Below, one piece after another: positions 1-14,377 of a stretch of 64,000 bases of DNA (position 1 is its first letter; each line of letters begins with the position of its first letter). Under the pieces are notes generated by a model that was not told where the DNA came from, made no database searches, and saw only the letters and a program-made list of their open reading frames with translations. This DNA comes from Eledone cirrhosa. Lineage: Eukaryota. The stretch lies in the NCBI GenBank assembly GCA_964016885.1, contig OZ024744.1:70928001-70992000 (forward strand), read 5' to 3'. A program made the translations under genes and the position numbers.

Positions 1-1062
1 TGAATGACCCGGGCCTGACTGAACACATGTCAGCATAGCAACAAGAGCTAAGGGAGATAACATGCACACCAGCATTAATAGCGCATATGAGAGGGGGAGA
101 GAGCGAGAGTTGAGAGAGAGAGAGAGAATGTGCACGAAGTGGGAGGGAAGTATTTCGTTCTTAACGTCATCAACAGAATCAAAGATAATCGTTTTGAATG
201 GTGATGATGAATTAATTCAGTCGGGGGTGGCGGTTCTTCGTCACCTAGTATGAAGCTGGAGGAGAGGAGGCACCGAATGGCACTCTCCCATCCCTACTTT
301 TCAACGGAACACCCTCGGATTTAGAATATTTACAGCGATATGCATATTCCGTTAACTCCACCTTAGAATTATTACGAATTAAAGCGCTCACCTAAAATGT
401 TCCGAAGACCCCCCCCCCCCACACACACACACACTTTCTTTCCACCTTAGTTTATAAAGACATTCTAGTCATGACCATCCTGTCCTTTTCGTATATTATT
501 GACTAATGTGTTATCACAGTGTGTCATTTGAGAGGAAATTTGGTTACTATTACTAGCGGGTTCAGCGACCATGTACAGGCTACTCCTTCCTTGGTTCGAG
601 AATAAAATCATTAGATTTGATCTTCACATTTAAATGTAAAAAAAAAAAAAAAAGAGAATAAATAAGATATGAGGTGCAATCCCCTATCGTCTCCTAAACA
701 ATTGTTTCTACTTCTGGCACAAGGCCAGCAATTATCCCAGTGCATTACTGGTGCTTTATTTTATCAACCCCATAAGGATGAAAGGCAAAACTAACCTCGG
801 CAGTATTTGAACTCAGAACGTGAAGGCCACAGCTAAGCATGGTGTCTGGCGCTCTACCGGTAATAATACCGGAATATTAATTAGTACGATAACTATTATT
901 CTTATATTTTTATATCCCATCCCTTTTCATAAAATGGTTACTACAGTAACTTGCCCTCTTTTTTTTTTTTTTTTTTTGCCATTCACAACACTCCAACAAA
1001 ACATTTTAACCCATTCACCAATTTCTTTATGTCTCAAAAATAAAAAAGTTCTAGTATTTTAA

Positions 1063-1308
1063 CCCCGAAACAAAATCAGCTCTGGGACTATGAAAAAAAA
1101 AAGAAAAGAAAAAAGAAAAAACACCACCCATTTTAAAGGGTTCCTATTTAAATTAATATTTTCCGGCATGATTTTATTAAGTTATGTTGTTATAAATACC
1201 ATCTTAGTTATGAAATAGTTACTAAATTTTAAAAGTACTTCCAAAGTTTTTTTTATTTTTATTAATACAAATGAAGTGTATTTCATTATAAACATGATAA
1301 CGAAAGGG
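1063..1308. mobile_element. Second, older TTAA-flanked MITE family
   Basis: TTAA-CCC...GGG-TTAA with internal cattttaaagggttcctatttaaa. Recurs at ~2500-2711, 4700-5111, 16923-17815, 24500-24743 and 46488-47869. Confidence 0.7.
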
Positions 1309-1533
1309 TTAATAAGGAAGATACAAACATGCCAACCTCTAAAAACCCAAACAGGGAATACCATGAAAAAAAAGTCCCCCCAAAACGGGGAGATTTTACA
1401 TAATGAAAGCTATAACCATTTTCTCATGAGAAAACATCTCTCACCCACCCCCAAAGTGGGTGGGAGATCTCCTCGTCGGACGGGGAGAGTTGACAGGTCT
1501 GAAGTTATTAACGAAAGTGTATTTTAAAGTAAT

Positions 1534-1649
1534 TGTTTCTACTTTAGGCACAAGGCCAGCAATTACCCAGTGCATTACTGGTACTTTATTTTATCGACCC
1601 CGTAAGGATGAAAGGCAAAGTCAACCTCGGCGGGATTTGAACTCAGATC
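1534..1649 (-). mobile_element. 5'-truncated tRNA-derived SINE (major family) with 15-bp TSD
   Basis: TSD gtattttaaagtaat at 1519-1533 and 1650-1664; B box GAGTTCAAATCC. Other minus-strand copies at ~700-860, 15961-16150, 34002-34155 and 35905-36048. Confidence 0.9.
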
Positions 1650-2891
1650 GTATTTTAAAGTAATAGAATCTTGTGACAACATTGGACGATACAAAAACTA
1701 AAATAAAAGAACTTGGTCAGTCAGAAATTTAGATGAATTTGCCATTTACACTCTACAGTCTTTATCACATTTTTCTGTTAAGCTTAATAAACTTATCGCA
1801 TTATTTTCCCTTCGTTAATACAATTCTGACAAATACGATTAGGATTAATAAATTTTAGAGTGATAAAACAAGAGATATAAATGATACCTGAACAATCATC
1901 ACTATTGAAATATTGATTTCTATTGATAAAGGATATTTATATCTACCTTCATTGTTTACCTTCATTAGAGACTTTAAACCTATTGATATCAAACGCTCTG
2001 GTTCTACATACAACACAATGTGGTTTATTTTAATCCTTTCAATACACTATTTCTAATGAAATAAGCTGCATGCCTTTCCATTAATTTTGAAAATAATCAA
2101 TTATTCTGGAAGAATATCAAATAACTATTTAGAACATTACTCAACAAAAATTTCTAAAATATTATGACAGAAGGATTTGATATAATATAAACATTTAAAA
2201 ATTAGCAATTTGATATCAAAAGGGTTTAAATGTTTATATTTATCTGAAAACCTTCCATCATAATTATAAGAACCTTTGTTAAATTATTTTCCAACGCCAA
2301 CTTAAATAATGTGAAAGTTATGAAGATGATTAGTTATAGCATAAAATTCTAGATTATATTCAAAATAATTTGAAAAAAAATCATATGCAGTGTCTTTTAG
2401 AATTACAGCAATGAAAAACTTTGACAAACTGGTGTGGTCCAGAACTAGATATGTTAGGATTTTCAGGTCGCTGGCACCTTACTAACACAAATCCAAAGTT
2501 GATACCCACCCAAAACCACTTCTGGTTTTATGAAAAAGAACCACTCATTTTAAAGGGTTCCCGTTTAAATTGAAACCCAACAAAACTTGATGTAAGAATC
2601 TTTTGTTAAATTATGTCACAAATACTATCGTAATAATGAATAACTCCTTTAAATTCTTCATTAATAAATTGAAATACAGTGTACTTTATAAGAAATAGGA
2701 TAACAAAAGGGTCAATGAGATAAATGGACTGTGACCCATCAGCCAAATATTTTACTGTTAGGAACACAATATGTTCTTTTCTTGATTGGTTTCAAGATTC
2801 AGATTTTTTTCTCTTTTTACAAATTTGCAAATAGAACCATTTTTTTAAAGTAGCAAAAACGGTTGTGTCTGTCTTAAGGGTAGGTGTAGAA

Positions 2892-3151
2892 CAAGAGTGT
2901 GCAACATATTCCATTGGCGAGCCAGTTTTGAACATTGGACAACTATTAGGGCCATTAATATTTATTAAGCACTATCCCAAAGATTCACAACTTCTTTCCA
3001 TAACATGGAACTGGGAAATTATAACACACATAAGCCTATCCAGTGAAGCCATTCAGAAAATTGTATTACTGTTACAAAACAAAATTCTAAATAAACAATC
3101 ATCGAGGGCCACTCTGACTGGTCTGGCAGGCCGGATTGTGGCCTGCCCCTG
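2892..3151. mobile_element. hAT-type MITE
   Basis: 8-bp TSD gtgtagaa (2884-2891 and 3152-3159); CA...CCCCTG termini. Confidence 0.75.
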
Positions 3152-3954
3152 GTGTAGAACTAACTATCCACAGCCTTCATAGAACAGCATGAACCATTAG
3201 GATTCTGTTGTCACTCAATCACTCCACTTGATCATGATAGCACCAGTCACACACACACACACATGAAACCATGTGGTTAAAGAGTTTGCTGTGCAACCAA
3301 ATTGTTTCAGATTCATTACCACCAGATGGCACCTTGAGCAAGTGTCTTCTGCTATAAGTTGACCAATGACTTTTGAGTATAATTTGATATATGGAAGCTC
3401 ATTGTGAGTGTGTGTGTGTATTTATGACTATTGTTTGCTTATGTCCCATAACCTACTGGTTCAACAAAAACATGTTAATATTACAAGTGCAGTGGTTGAT
3501 TCAAAGCAGCACCCCCCCGGTGTGGCTGATACATAAGTGTGTGTGCATATATATATGTGTGTGTGAGCATATATATATATATACACACACACACACAAAA
3601 ATTTAATTTACAGTTCACATATGTTGCATCTCACATTTCTTAAATGTACATATCATCATCATCATCATTTAACGTCCATCTTCCACGCTAGCATGGGTTG
3701 GACGAGTTTGTCCTACTTGAGGCAAGATTGGTATGTGTGTGAGAGTCCTGGGCTCAATCAGGGGTAACCACAGTAAATAAGGTACTCAATACATTAGTAG
3801 AGTGGAAACATCAAATTTAATATAGAAATGGTTTCTACAGGACTAGAACTGTTTCATTCTATATTAAATTTTATATATATATATGCAATTTACAACTCAT
3901 GACTTTAAGTTGCAATGCATAAGGGTTTCTTGGGTGTATTATGAAATATATACA

Positions 3955-4270
3955 TGCATGCACACACACATACACACCAACCCACACATATATACACACC
4001 CACACATATATACACCAACCCACACATATATATACACACCCACACATATATACACCAACCCACACATATATATACACATCCACACATATATATACACACC
4101 CACACATATATATACACACCCACATATATATATATACATACCCACACACATATATATATACATACCCACACATATATATATACATACCCACACACATATA
4201 TATATACATACCCACACACATATATATATACATACCCACACACATATATATATACATACCCACACACCCA
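3955..4270. repeat. Compound (CA)/(TA) minisatellite, ~20-24-bp units
   Basis: Repeated cccacacatatatatacata. Confidence 0.95.
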
Positions 4271-5472
4271 CATGCATAAATAGATATATATATATATATT
4301 TAATACAATAACAGAGATAGCTTAAAGCTAAACTCCGACTGGTAACCATCTCGTGCAACAAACATTAGGTTATATGTTAGTATAAACCCAATTTAAGTGT
4401 TTGGGGTGCTAACTATATGTATTTTGTGGAAAGCCAGTTGTATTATTTTATGAGATATAATTAAAGTTAAAATATATCTCTCTTTCCAAACAATTGTTTC
4501 ATTATAAGTTTTCTACATACTTTCTATCTTACTGTAAAAGTCTTTGGAGCTCCCTTGTCAAAAGAGATATCTGAAGATTATTACCTTCCTAAATGAAGTA
4601 GCTTGACAGTTACAGTATAGAAATGAACAATTTCAGCAGAATGCAAGTTCCAAAAGAAAATAGTTTGGGAGTAGAAGCAGACAAATTATTTAGTGTTAAC
4701 CCTTAAGATACCAACCCATTTATAACTGTCTCTGGTTCAATGAAACAATACCTCCCATTTTAAATGGTTCCTATTTAAATTTAAATTGTCCAACAAGAGC
4801 ATCGGCAAACAGGCTTAGTGACACAGAGTTACGGCCCCTTACGTTCTCGGTTAAAATCCCGCCAAGGTTAGCTTTGCCTTTCATCCTTACGAGGTTAATT
4901 AAATGAAATAAAGAACCAGTAATGCACTGGCATTGATTCAATTAACTTTCCCTTCTCCAGGCCTTGTACCTAAGTCAGAAACCATTATTTTATATAAGAA
5001 CTATATGTTAAAGTTACTATCTTAGTAATGGAATAATTAGTAATTTTAGTAAATACCTCAAAATTCTTCATTAATTAATTGAAATAAGAGTGGAAATGTG
5101 ATCATGGAAGAGTTAAAAGACATGGAAAGGATCACTGCAAGGTATCAATCAGGTGATATACATTTAACAAGTTGCAACAAACTGTTGCAGTAGTAGAAGA
5201 GGTAGAGGGTCGAGGAAAGACACATCTCAGCAATGTGCCATTGGTTATTGAATGAATAAAGGTTTTCAAATCAGCAGGATAGATTTTTTTTTTAATAGTC
5301 CAGGATACGGTATGCATATCTTTTCACAGGCATATTTCTACCTAAGATACAGAGAGTTATGTTGCTCTCACATCATAAACTTAATATTCCAGCAGCCACT
5401 GGACTTCTGTAGTACACTACTTACCAAATACCAGATAAGCTGCAGGTATCCAAATCTCTCTCTCTCTCTCAC

Positions 5473-5510
<38 letters not shown>

Positions 5511-5525
5511 TTATATATATATATA

Positions 5526-5627
5526 CAGGGTGTCCCCCAAAAATGTGTACACACTTTGATTACCTGTACAGGCAATATTCATTAGAATGCTGTTGGAAGT
5601 GTGTATACATTTTTTGAGGACACCCTG
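5526..5627. mobile_element. Tc1/mariner-type MITE (102 bp)
   Basis: TA TSD and ~30-bp TIR CAGGGTGTCC..AAAAATGT.TACACACTT. Confidence 0.88.
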
Positions 5628-8600
5628 TATAAACATATCCATGTTAGTAATGGCATACCTAAAAGTGCATGGAAATGCATGTCACACTTTGAGGAGAAGG
5701 TGTTTGTAAAAACATTAAATCTTTTCTTCAAAGCTGTCAAATGTTGAAGTTATTATGACAGCAACGGGAAAAACCCTTTGCATTAATTGGGATCATTTGT
5801 TACCTTGACTTTTAAACAAATACATGCTCACTTTGTCTGAAACTTATTTGTCATAACAACATTATCAATCATACTAATACGAAATTTGAATGAATAGATG
5901 AAGAACCAATTGTATAATGCCTGTGTCTATTTATTGGTTCAATCTTAGGGGAAAAGGCATGTGCCCATGGCTTTTAAAATCAATGCTGTTAACGTTTTTC
6001 TCTTGAACAATAATTAAACAATCGACAGCTGAAGGGTTGAAATTTCCCGTGAGAAGGCAATCTAGGGAGAAAGGACTGGGTATAATGGTTAGTGTGAGGC
6101 TGGATAGTGAACACAATATAAGTAAGTGACAGATAGAAGAAATAAGTGAGTCAGTAGTGCTTGAGTGGAAATGGCCAGCCATCTCCAAGGAGTAGAGGAT
6201 ATTGTAGTAGCGGTTGAAAGTGCAGAGGAGATACAGTCCAAGCTCTGATCTAGTTTATTTTTATAACTTCATTTTCTAGTTTATATTTATCTAATAACAA
6301 ATTGACTCCTAGTAAAATATGACCAGACTATTTCATCTATTTTGTAAGTAGTATTGTGATTCGTCTAATTTTACATCAACAGCATATCTCCCTCTCTCTT
6401 TTTTACAATGTCTATTTACATTTCACCTGTGACAGGTATGAATCTCAAAGTGTTATCTTTTATAGAAGATGATTGAACATTCGTATTAGGTTGCAAATGT
6501 GAGCAATAGAATTAGAATTAACTACCAATAAAACTGGATCCTTCGTCAATAGTCTTGCTAAAATCTCATTCTTATATAAAATAAATAAAAAATTTAATCC
6601 CAAACTCGAAAACGTTGAATGTTAAAATATAAAATAAATGAAAGAATAAGAAAAATTGTATTTTCAACAGGTACTTAATTTCCAACAGATTATTTGTACT
6701 TAACTGTGTGTAAGACTGAAATGCATTTGGACAATATTAATATTCTAATGACTAATTACAAGCATAGATAAGTAGATTGCACATGGCGGAGTATTTCATG
6801 TGTTGTGTACACATGTGAATAGTGAGAAATAGGAAGGTTATCTCTTTCATTCGGCAAGTGATAAAAAAACAAAACAAGTAGGTAAAAAATGGAAGCTAGA
6901 TCTAATAAAGATAATAGATTTCGTTAGAGAATTATTCTCTAGGTTTATTGATGAGAATATCTAATTTCTGAGTCAGTTATAACTTTGAAAATTAACACTA
7001 TAACGCCTTGCTGTCCTCGCACCGTTTCCACTGAGTGCAGATAGCGACAGGCAACAGTGTGGAGTGATCTGGATGTTGGTGAGAAACAATGTATAAAAAT
7101 ACAATCTACGTCACACTCTCCATGCTACTTTCTCTATACCTGTGATGATGAGACTGTGTTGCGGAGGCCATTAACAAGATCAGCAATTTATTTCAACATG
7201 TACTACATGGATAGTTGGTTGGCCTACTCTTCAACAAAACCCAATCCACGAACACTTTAGATACACTCGAAATATATTCTTTTAAATTTACATATATGGC
7301 TCTATTGAGTAACACAAAGATTACATTACATATATATTTGACAGAGAGAGAGAGAGAGAGTTGACCCACACGTTGAATTTCTTAGTCACAGTGCAGTGCA
7401 AAAATGAAAGTGCAGTCAATTAAAACATAATGCCTTAGAAACGGCTCGTATCAAGAAAATGATTTTAAATCGATTACTTAAAACGTGTACAGTGCAATAA
7501 TTAACGACGCCCAACGCAAGTTTTATTTACTTAAATACTCAAAACACTGACAGTATCTAAGACACAGTCTAAATAGTTTGCTGTTATCTGTTTTTAGGAA
7601 AAGGGGAGAGGAGGGGGGGGGGGGCTTATATATTGTAAGTATGAAAAAAATATTTCGTTACTAATAGAAGGAACTATCCCACGATTAAAATGTCATTAGA
7701 TATAACGAAAACTTTTTCCTACATTTTCATAAATCATATTTCTAGAAGGTTATTCCATTACATCTATACTACATTGGATTGGATATTTATATACGAAGAA
7801 ATGGAGTGAGTGAGTGCGATAACCGAATTTGTCTTAACACACCTTGGCGATATCAATTAGTACAAGTGAACGTGGGTAAAAAAAACAAAAAAAAACAACA
7901 AAGAAGTGTTTCTCTGGTAATAGAAAGAAACATATACCACTTAACTCATTACACAAATACTATTCCCATTTAATAAATGATATAACATAAGTTATTTGTA
8001 AATAGTAATAATAATACTAATAATAATTGTTTCTACTATTGGCACAAATAGCACGGACACACTGAAGTGACTGGATGTGAGATTGTTATGGAAGCATGAG
8101 AGTGAGTAAGCCTGAGCAGGGCGCTGGCTCACTCTGAGATAGTGTATGTGTGTGCGTTTGTGAGTGTGAGTGAGTTAGTTGAGTGACAGAACATGTGACT
8201 GTGCGCGTGTGCATGACAGCATGTGAGGGTTGAGTAAAACAGGAAGAGTACATGTAAGAGTAATAATAACATAAAGAATTAGCATATGAAAAGAGAGACG
8301 AAAGTAAACTGAAAATGAACGAAATTGGAGAGGGGCTGTGTGTCAATGAAAACGAGAGAATAGAATAGACGATAGATTATCTAATAGAATAGGTGTAAAA
8401 CTTGTAGGGCAGATAACAATGTAGAGATGAAAAACAATCTGGAAGGAATAGTAAGTGCCAACATTAAAAAGAAAAACACAAAACTATCTCTAGCCGATTA
8501 TACATGGTTATTCTGACGTATCCCGTAGTGTACACACACACACACGTGTATGTGTGTGTCAGTCAACACGTTTTATCTATTTAGCAGCAGGTAACATTAA

Positions 8601-11600
8601 AATTAAAACAAGATTAGTGTAAGATATCTCCGATAACCGAGAACCAGTTTCGATTTTTAGTTGAAATAATTACTTTAGCATGTGGTTAGGGAATACGTGA
8701 ACTTCATTTTCTACATTTCCTTGCTTTGAAACATTAAGTTTCATGCTTACGTTAGTAAGCGACATTTGTAAGTTGAACGATTTCTAAGAACCACGATTCA
8801 ATATCTAGTGGTTCCGAGTTTCAACACCATCAAGCCTCGAATGAAATATAATAGGCACCCAAGTAATAAACTAAAATTATCATTCAACTCAGAAAGGAAA
8901 TTCACAAAAATTAACGGTTCCAACTTAGCTACTAACAAATAATTAGTGGAATTACCGAAAACCAGCCTAACAGCAACACAATCCTCACATTAACACACAT
9001 ACGATAGTTTTCAACTGGTTCATGCTTTATATCCACAGCGCAAGCCTCAGCATGCTTATCATTATGAATATCCCGGGTTGCCCAAACACTAAATTAACCT
9101 GTCATGGTAGTCAAAGTGTAACCGAGAAAAACTCTCACAAGGTCTATGTGTCTGATAAATATAACTATTAGATTAATTTGCTTTCATCGCCATATATGAT
9201 AAACGCCTGGGCTCTTTCCAAGTGAAAAATTCTCTCCTTTTTACTTTCTTGGTTTATCCTTCTAAATTACTCCTCTCTCAACTGCCTTACTCAATGCTTC
9301 CCACCCAAACCTTTTATACTTTTGGTAATCTCAGTCACACTTCCTCGTGTTAAAAAAAATGGAGTTTACATCATTTAGCCTTGATCATAGCAAGATGGTT
9401 AATAATGCGACAATATTGGAAGCATTATAACTTCCTATATTATTATTTTTTCTTTAACTTGACAATATTTTAAGAAAGTGAGAATAAAATAAAGGAAGAA
9501 TTTTCATCCCGGAAGACACATTCATCTGAATATATTTATTTTCCACAGTAAAGAAATATAATCTAGATAATTATACACGAGTTCAAAACCCGCTGGGATC
9601 GACTTTTGTATATTTTTTAGAAAGATACTGTTATATTTATCAACTAACTTTTAAAAGAGATAGGAGCAAAAAAATAAAGAGAGAAACGTGCTAGGTCTGT
9701 CATTAGGTATTATAACAATTGATATATAAACAAGCATCGCTAGAATTGTGATAAGCTAATTGTTTAACAACAGAGTGACGAAGTGTTAGTGTTATTATTT
9801 AGCGATTGCATAAAAGGATTTACAGTTGGTTGACATCTCTCAATTACAAATGTTTTCGTATTCCGACAGAAAGAAGAAAAAAAATCGGTGTACCCTATAA
9901 CGATAAAACTAGTTAATGGAGAGCCTGGAGATTTTTTTATTTGTTTTATTTTTTAGCAACAACAAAAAAAAAAAATCAGGCGTTAAATGAACCTATAGAC
10001 TTAAATGCAGAGAGGGTGAAACTGAAAGAGGAAAATGTGGTATGGAAAGACTTGAAAGAGAGGGAAAGAGAGAATAGAGAAGATATAACGATATTAAGTG
10101 AGAACATTAATATAGAGTTGCTTAAAGGAATTAGAAGTGTGGTGCAGGATAGAGCGAGAGTCAGGAGGAGCAAAGACAAGATGAAAGAGACAGAGAAAGA
10201 TGTGAGTAATAAGTTACGAAATAGAGATGATAAACAATCGAAGAGCTTAGAAAGTACATAAATGGAGATATTCAAGACATCTTACTCACATCGCTTTCTA
10301 TGTCTACGTCACGATCTTCGTCGCTCATTTTCCCCCTTTTGAAAAAGGAAACCCTGCAGCAAGGTTTGTAGAAAGAACTCCGCACAAACTACACAACTTT
10401 CTGCCAAATCGGTACCGATGAATAACAACCGATTACTTTTATCACAATTGGTTTCTTTTTAAAATCCTTTTTGACTTCTGAAAAGTTTTTTGTTTGCTTG
10501 GATATTATATATATATATATTTTGATTTCAAACTCTAGCGTCCTAATGAATGTATATATATTATGAAAATGTGCGTCTGTATGAGTATAAATATGAATGG
10601 ATATATAATCTGAGGATGGCTGATAAGCTTTGCAATGCTTTCTCGTATGAGAATCGATTTTTTTTTTCTTGTAGAAAAATAAAACCCTATGAGTTAACCA
10701 TTTTCATCCTGTTGCCTAACTTATATAGCACATTTAGAAATGAGTTAGTTCTCTTGGTTGTTAAATCTTCTTTCGTTTTCGTTTCTCTCTAACAAGAGAA
10801 ACAGAGTGGAACGAGTAGAGATAGATACGCCGCTGTTGCTTATTAGCGTAATCGTGGTGTCTTCCTGAAGTGTGTTGTTGATTGATCTAGTCGGATCCGC
10901 GGTAATATGACATGCTCTCTTCTTCAGTAGTGAAGGTGACAGACAGGTCGAGTAATTGTGGCAATATAGAGCAAGTTTGAAGAAGATAAAAAAAATAGGA
11001 AAATTAATTCGGTCTGTCTGTCGTCTTCGTCACCAAGAAACAAATGAAGGTGACTGGCGCTGCGAGCACCTGCCTACTTCAACGTGATGAGATCAGAGGA
11101 TGATGAGAAGATAGAGAAAATGCTGTTACTATCGCTTCTCCATTACTACACAATAGCGATGAGTGGTGGTAGCAGTGGTACTGGTGGTAAAATAGTGGTG
11201 GTGGCAGCAGCAATAGTAGTAGTAATAGTGACGATAACAACAAAACGGAAAAAGTATGCATGCACGTGATTTCCAAAATAATGTAATTTGATGTATGAAA
11301 AAGAGAAGTCCTGTCTAAAGAATTTCCAAACAGGGAAACCCGACACACTGTAATGAAATGGATTTGAGTTCAGATTAAGTCGAGATTATTAATTTACAAT
11401 ATTTAGACGTTATATAAACATATTTTCTACTTTGTAATGTTTACACTAGATATGCAACAGTTAACATATATATATATTATATATTTATATATATAAAATA
11501 TGTGTGTGTATATATTTATATATATATATCGGTTTCTTCGTTTGTAATCACGTTTTCCGAATAGTACTTATGTTTATAATTACTTCGCCTATAATCACAC

Positions 11601-14377
11601 CTAGAATTAAATATATATATTTATAATTGCTGAATGAAATGTTTTACTTTATCTTAATATATTTTTTATTTCGTTGCACCAAATTTCCTTACTCTTTCTA
11701 ATGATGTTCAAATTGATATTAAACTCATTAATAATTTCGACAATAAAATGGCAAGTTATTTAAAATATCCAGATTAATTCTTCTCTCGTTGCTACTTAAG
11801 CATTCCGTATTGTGTTTTAGCACATTATTAAATTCGATTGAGATTATTATTATTATAAATTAATATGCCAAAGGTAATTTAGTTAATTAACTTTGATAGT
11901 TATAATATTTTTAAATTGTGAGCATTTTTTTTCTTCTAATTAAAAAGATGCAACGCTTATATATATATATCTATATATATATATATAATGAACGCATGGG
12001 AATCTAACGATATAGACTAGCGCTGGATAAGAGTTTGGTAATGGTTTGTTTTTGTTGTTTTTTGTTGTTTTTTTCTGGTAGCTTTATTGGCAGTTATTTA
12101 TTCTGACAAAACGTCATGGATATGTCTTAATGCATTCTAAATTTAATTCCTTCTTCTATTACTGATACAGTATCAATAAAGCATGGACTACTTTCTCTTC
12201 CATTATATCCTGTCAATAGTATATAGAAGAGTTCCCTATAGATCTAGTTTTCTACACACAAACTTCCTGTAAACAATAAACTCTCACTCCTACTCTTTCT
12301 TCCTGTCATTGTCGAGCTGACTAAACCACGTGTAAATCTCAAAATGACAGCCATTCCGCTTAATAAACGCAAACCTGCTGCTTAGTTGGCAATCCAAAGC
12401 AAGGTTGTATCTGTCTATAATTTACGTGGGTCTTACAAGACGTTGACATTTCTTCTATAAATTATAAACGGTTTCCTGCATCTTTCCAATATAAGAAAAA
12501 TCTTGTTTTCATAAATAGATTGCTCTAACATCCCACTATATTTGGAATAAAAATGAAAAGAAATACTTATAAACTACTTAGACGTTCATACATGTCTCTA
12601 TGTTTTAATCAGTGTATTATTTTACTTTCAATTTATTATATTATATTATGTAATAAAATGGGGAGCTAACCCAATATGCGAGTTCTAACGTACCCTTGGT
12701 AACAACTGCTCTGGTCCACATTTTGAATAAGGGCTGCTCAAGAATCAATAAATTTATTCTGGTCAACGTTTGTTTCTTAATTTTTTACCATTACTAAAAT
12801 GTTATATCAATTTGCTAACTCTTTTACGGTTACTTTGGTTGTAGTCTTTCAATTGTTTTTTATATTTTTTCTAACTTTGCTTATCTTTATAATCTCCACA
12901 TTTTGATTTCACTCATGTATATGACTCAATCCCTCACTCATGGCCGACTTTCACTCATGTATCAAGGAGCTTAAATGTAAAAGCATATTAATACCCCAAA
13001 CACACACCTTTTTTTTTCTTATTTCTTATTCGTGTATTTGTTTGTAATTAATATATTTTATCATTTAGTAACTTTTAAAAAAATATTGCTAACAGAGTCT
13101 CCTTTTTTTCTTAAATCAAGTGATGAGTTTTCCCATGAAAAACCTTATATTTAAAATGGAAAGCAGCTCATGTATGTAGACTTTGCATATCACATTGCAT
13201 AACTAATCAAAAGAATATTAAATATATAAAGGTTTGTTGTTACCTCAGTTGCAGAATGTCCAGGGAAGGAGAAACGGAACATGATTTGCAAGTGAATATT
13301 GGTAAACCTGCACCAGTCTGTCTAAAATGTCACCCTGAAGAAAAACACCAATAAGTATGACCACAACTTGGTTTATTGCATTGCTCACATTGACATACGT
13401 CATGTGAGACAAAAGGCAACAGTAAAGACACTTCTCACATCACTTAGATATCAATCATTATTGACAGTGTTTACAAAACATCCTCGGTATAACATGGTGA
13501 AACTATTTCAACAACAGAGGATATGCCGAGGAGAGGGGAAAGGATGGCATGTTTTTAGTATACTGTCACTGTCAAAAGGGAAGGTTAACAGGACACGTTC
13601 TTTGTCTTCAGATAGAGAAACATGCAAGTGGTGCAAGAATTTGGAAAAGGAGGGGGGGGGGGGGGCAAGAATAAGATTAAAATATGGAAGTTATCTGTAA
13701 GAGTATTTGAAGGGTGACATGTAACAGTGCTTTTGCTACATACAGCACATTTCATAGACTGTATCCAAAATGCCATTCATCTCAGTGACAAAACCTTTCA
13801 CCAATGCTCTGACTCACAGACTTGCTGTATCTGCTCTCTTTCCCTTTTCCAGCTACCACTGCATCTTCTCCAGTGAACTAACAAGATGTGCACCACCCCC
13901 TCTGTCCAAGTTCATTTGATGCACATGCCTCTTTAATGTCTTACTGACAAAACCCTACCATAAACACTTTTTTCAATCCTTCCTCTGAATTTGTAAATGC
14001 CTGTCTATAGACATCAAACCACAGATGTTCAAATTTAATAATAAGCTAATCAACCTAATAAGTCTGAAAAGAACTGCAATGGTCATGGATGCTGCCCATC
14101 CTTATTTCTTCTTTAGTTCTCTTTGCTCCCCAAGGAGCAGTAGGCAACTTATGTGATCTCTGCAGCAATTTTAATTAATGAGGGTAAGGTTGCTAGTTTC
14201 TTGCACTTTCCCTCCTCCCTTTAAATATTTAAATATTAATCTGTGATAAAATAAAGCTACAAGAAAAAAAAATTAAAATTAAAAAGCCTGAAACTTAATA
14301 TGTGAAATCTGGAAGTTAAAATTGTATTCTATGATATATTATACCATACCATTTTATATTCATATAAATCTAACTAG

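Noticed and set aside
3871-4361. Many long ORFs rich in Y/I/H/T or C/V/M (also at 34.1-35.7, 36.5-37.3, 45.8-46.5, 48.7-50.1 and 60.0-60.3 kb)
   Set aside because: These are translations of di- and trinucleotide microsatellites that lack stop codons.
5931-6240. Possible ancient LINE fragments (also ~13745-14060 and 20760-21060)
   Set aside because: Only faint motif resemblance (e.g. LLTGNFN); too decayed to call.
9941-10261. 106-aa charged ORF
   Set aside because: It is purine-rich low-complexity sequence with no ATG start, splice support or motif.
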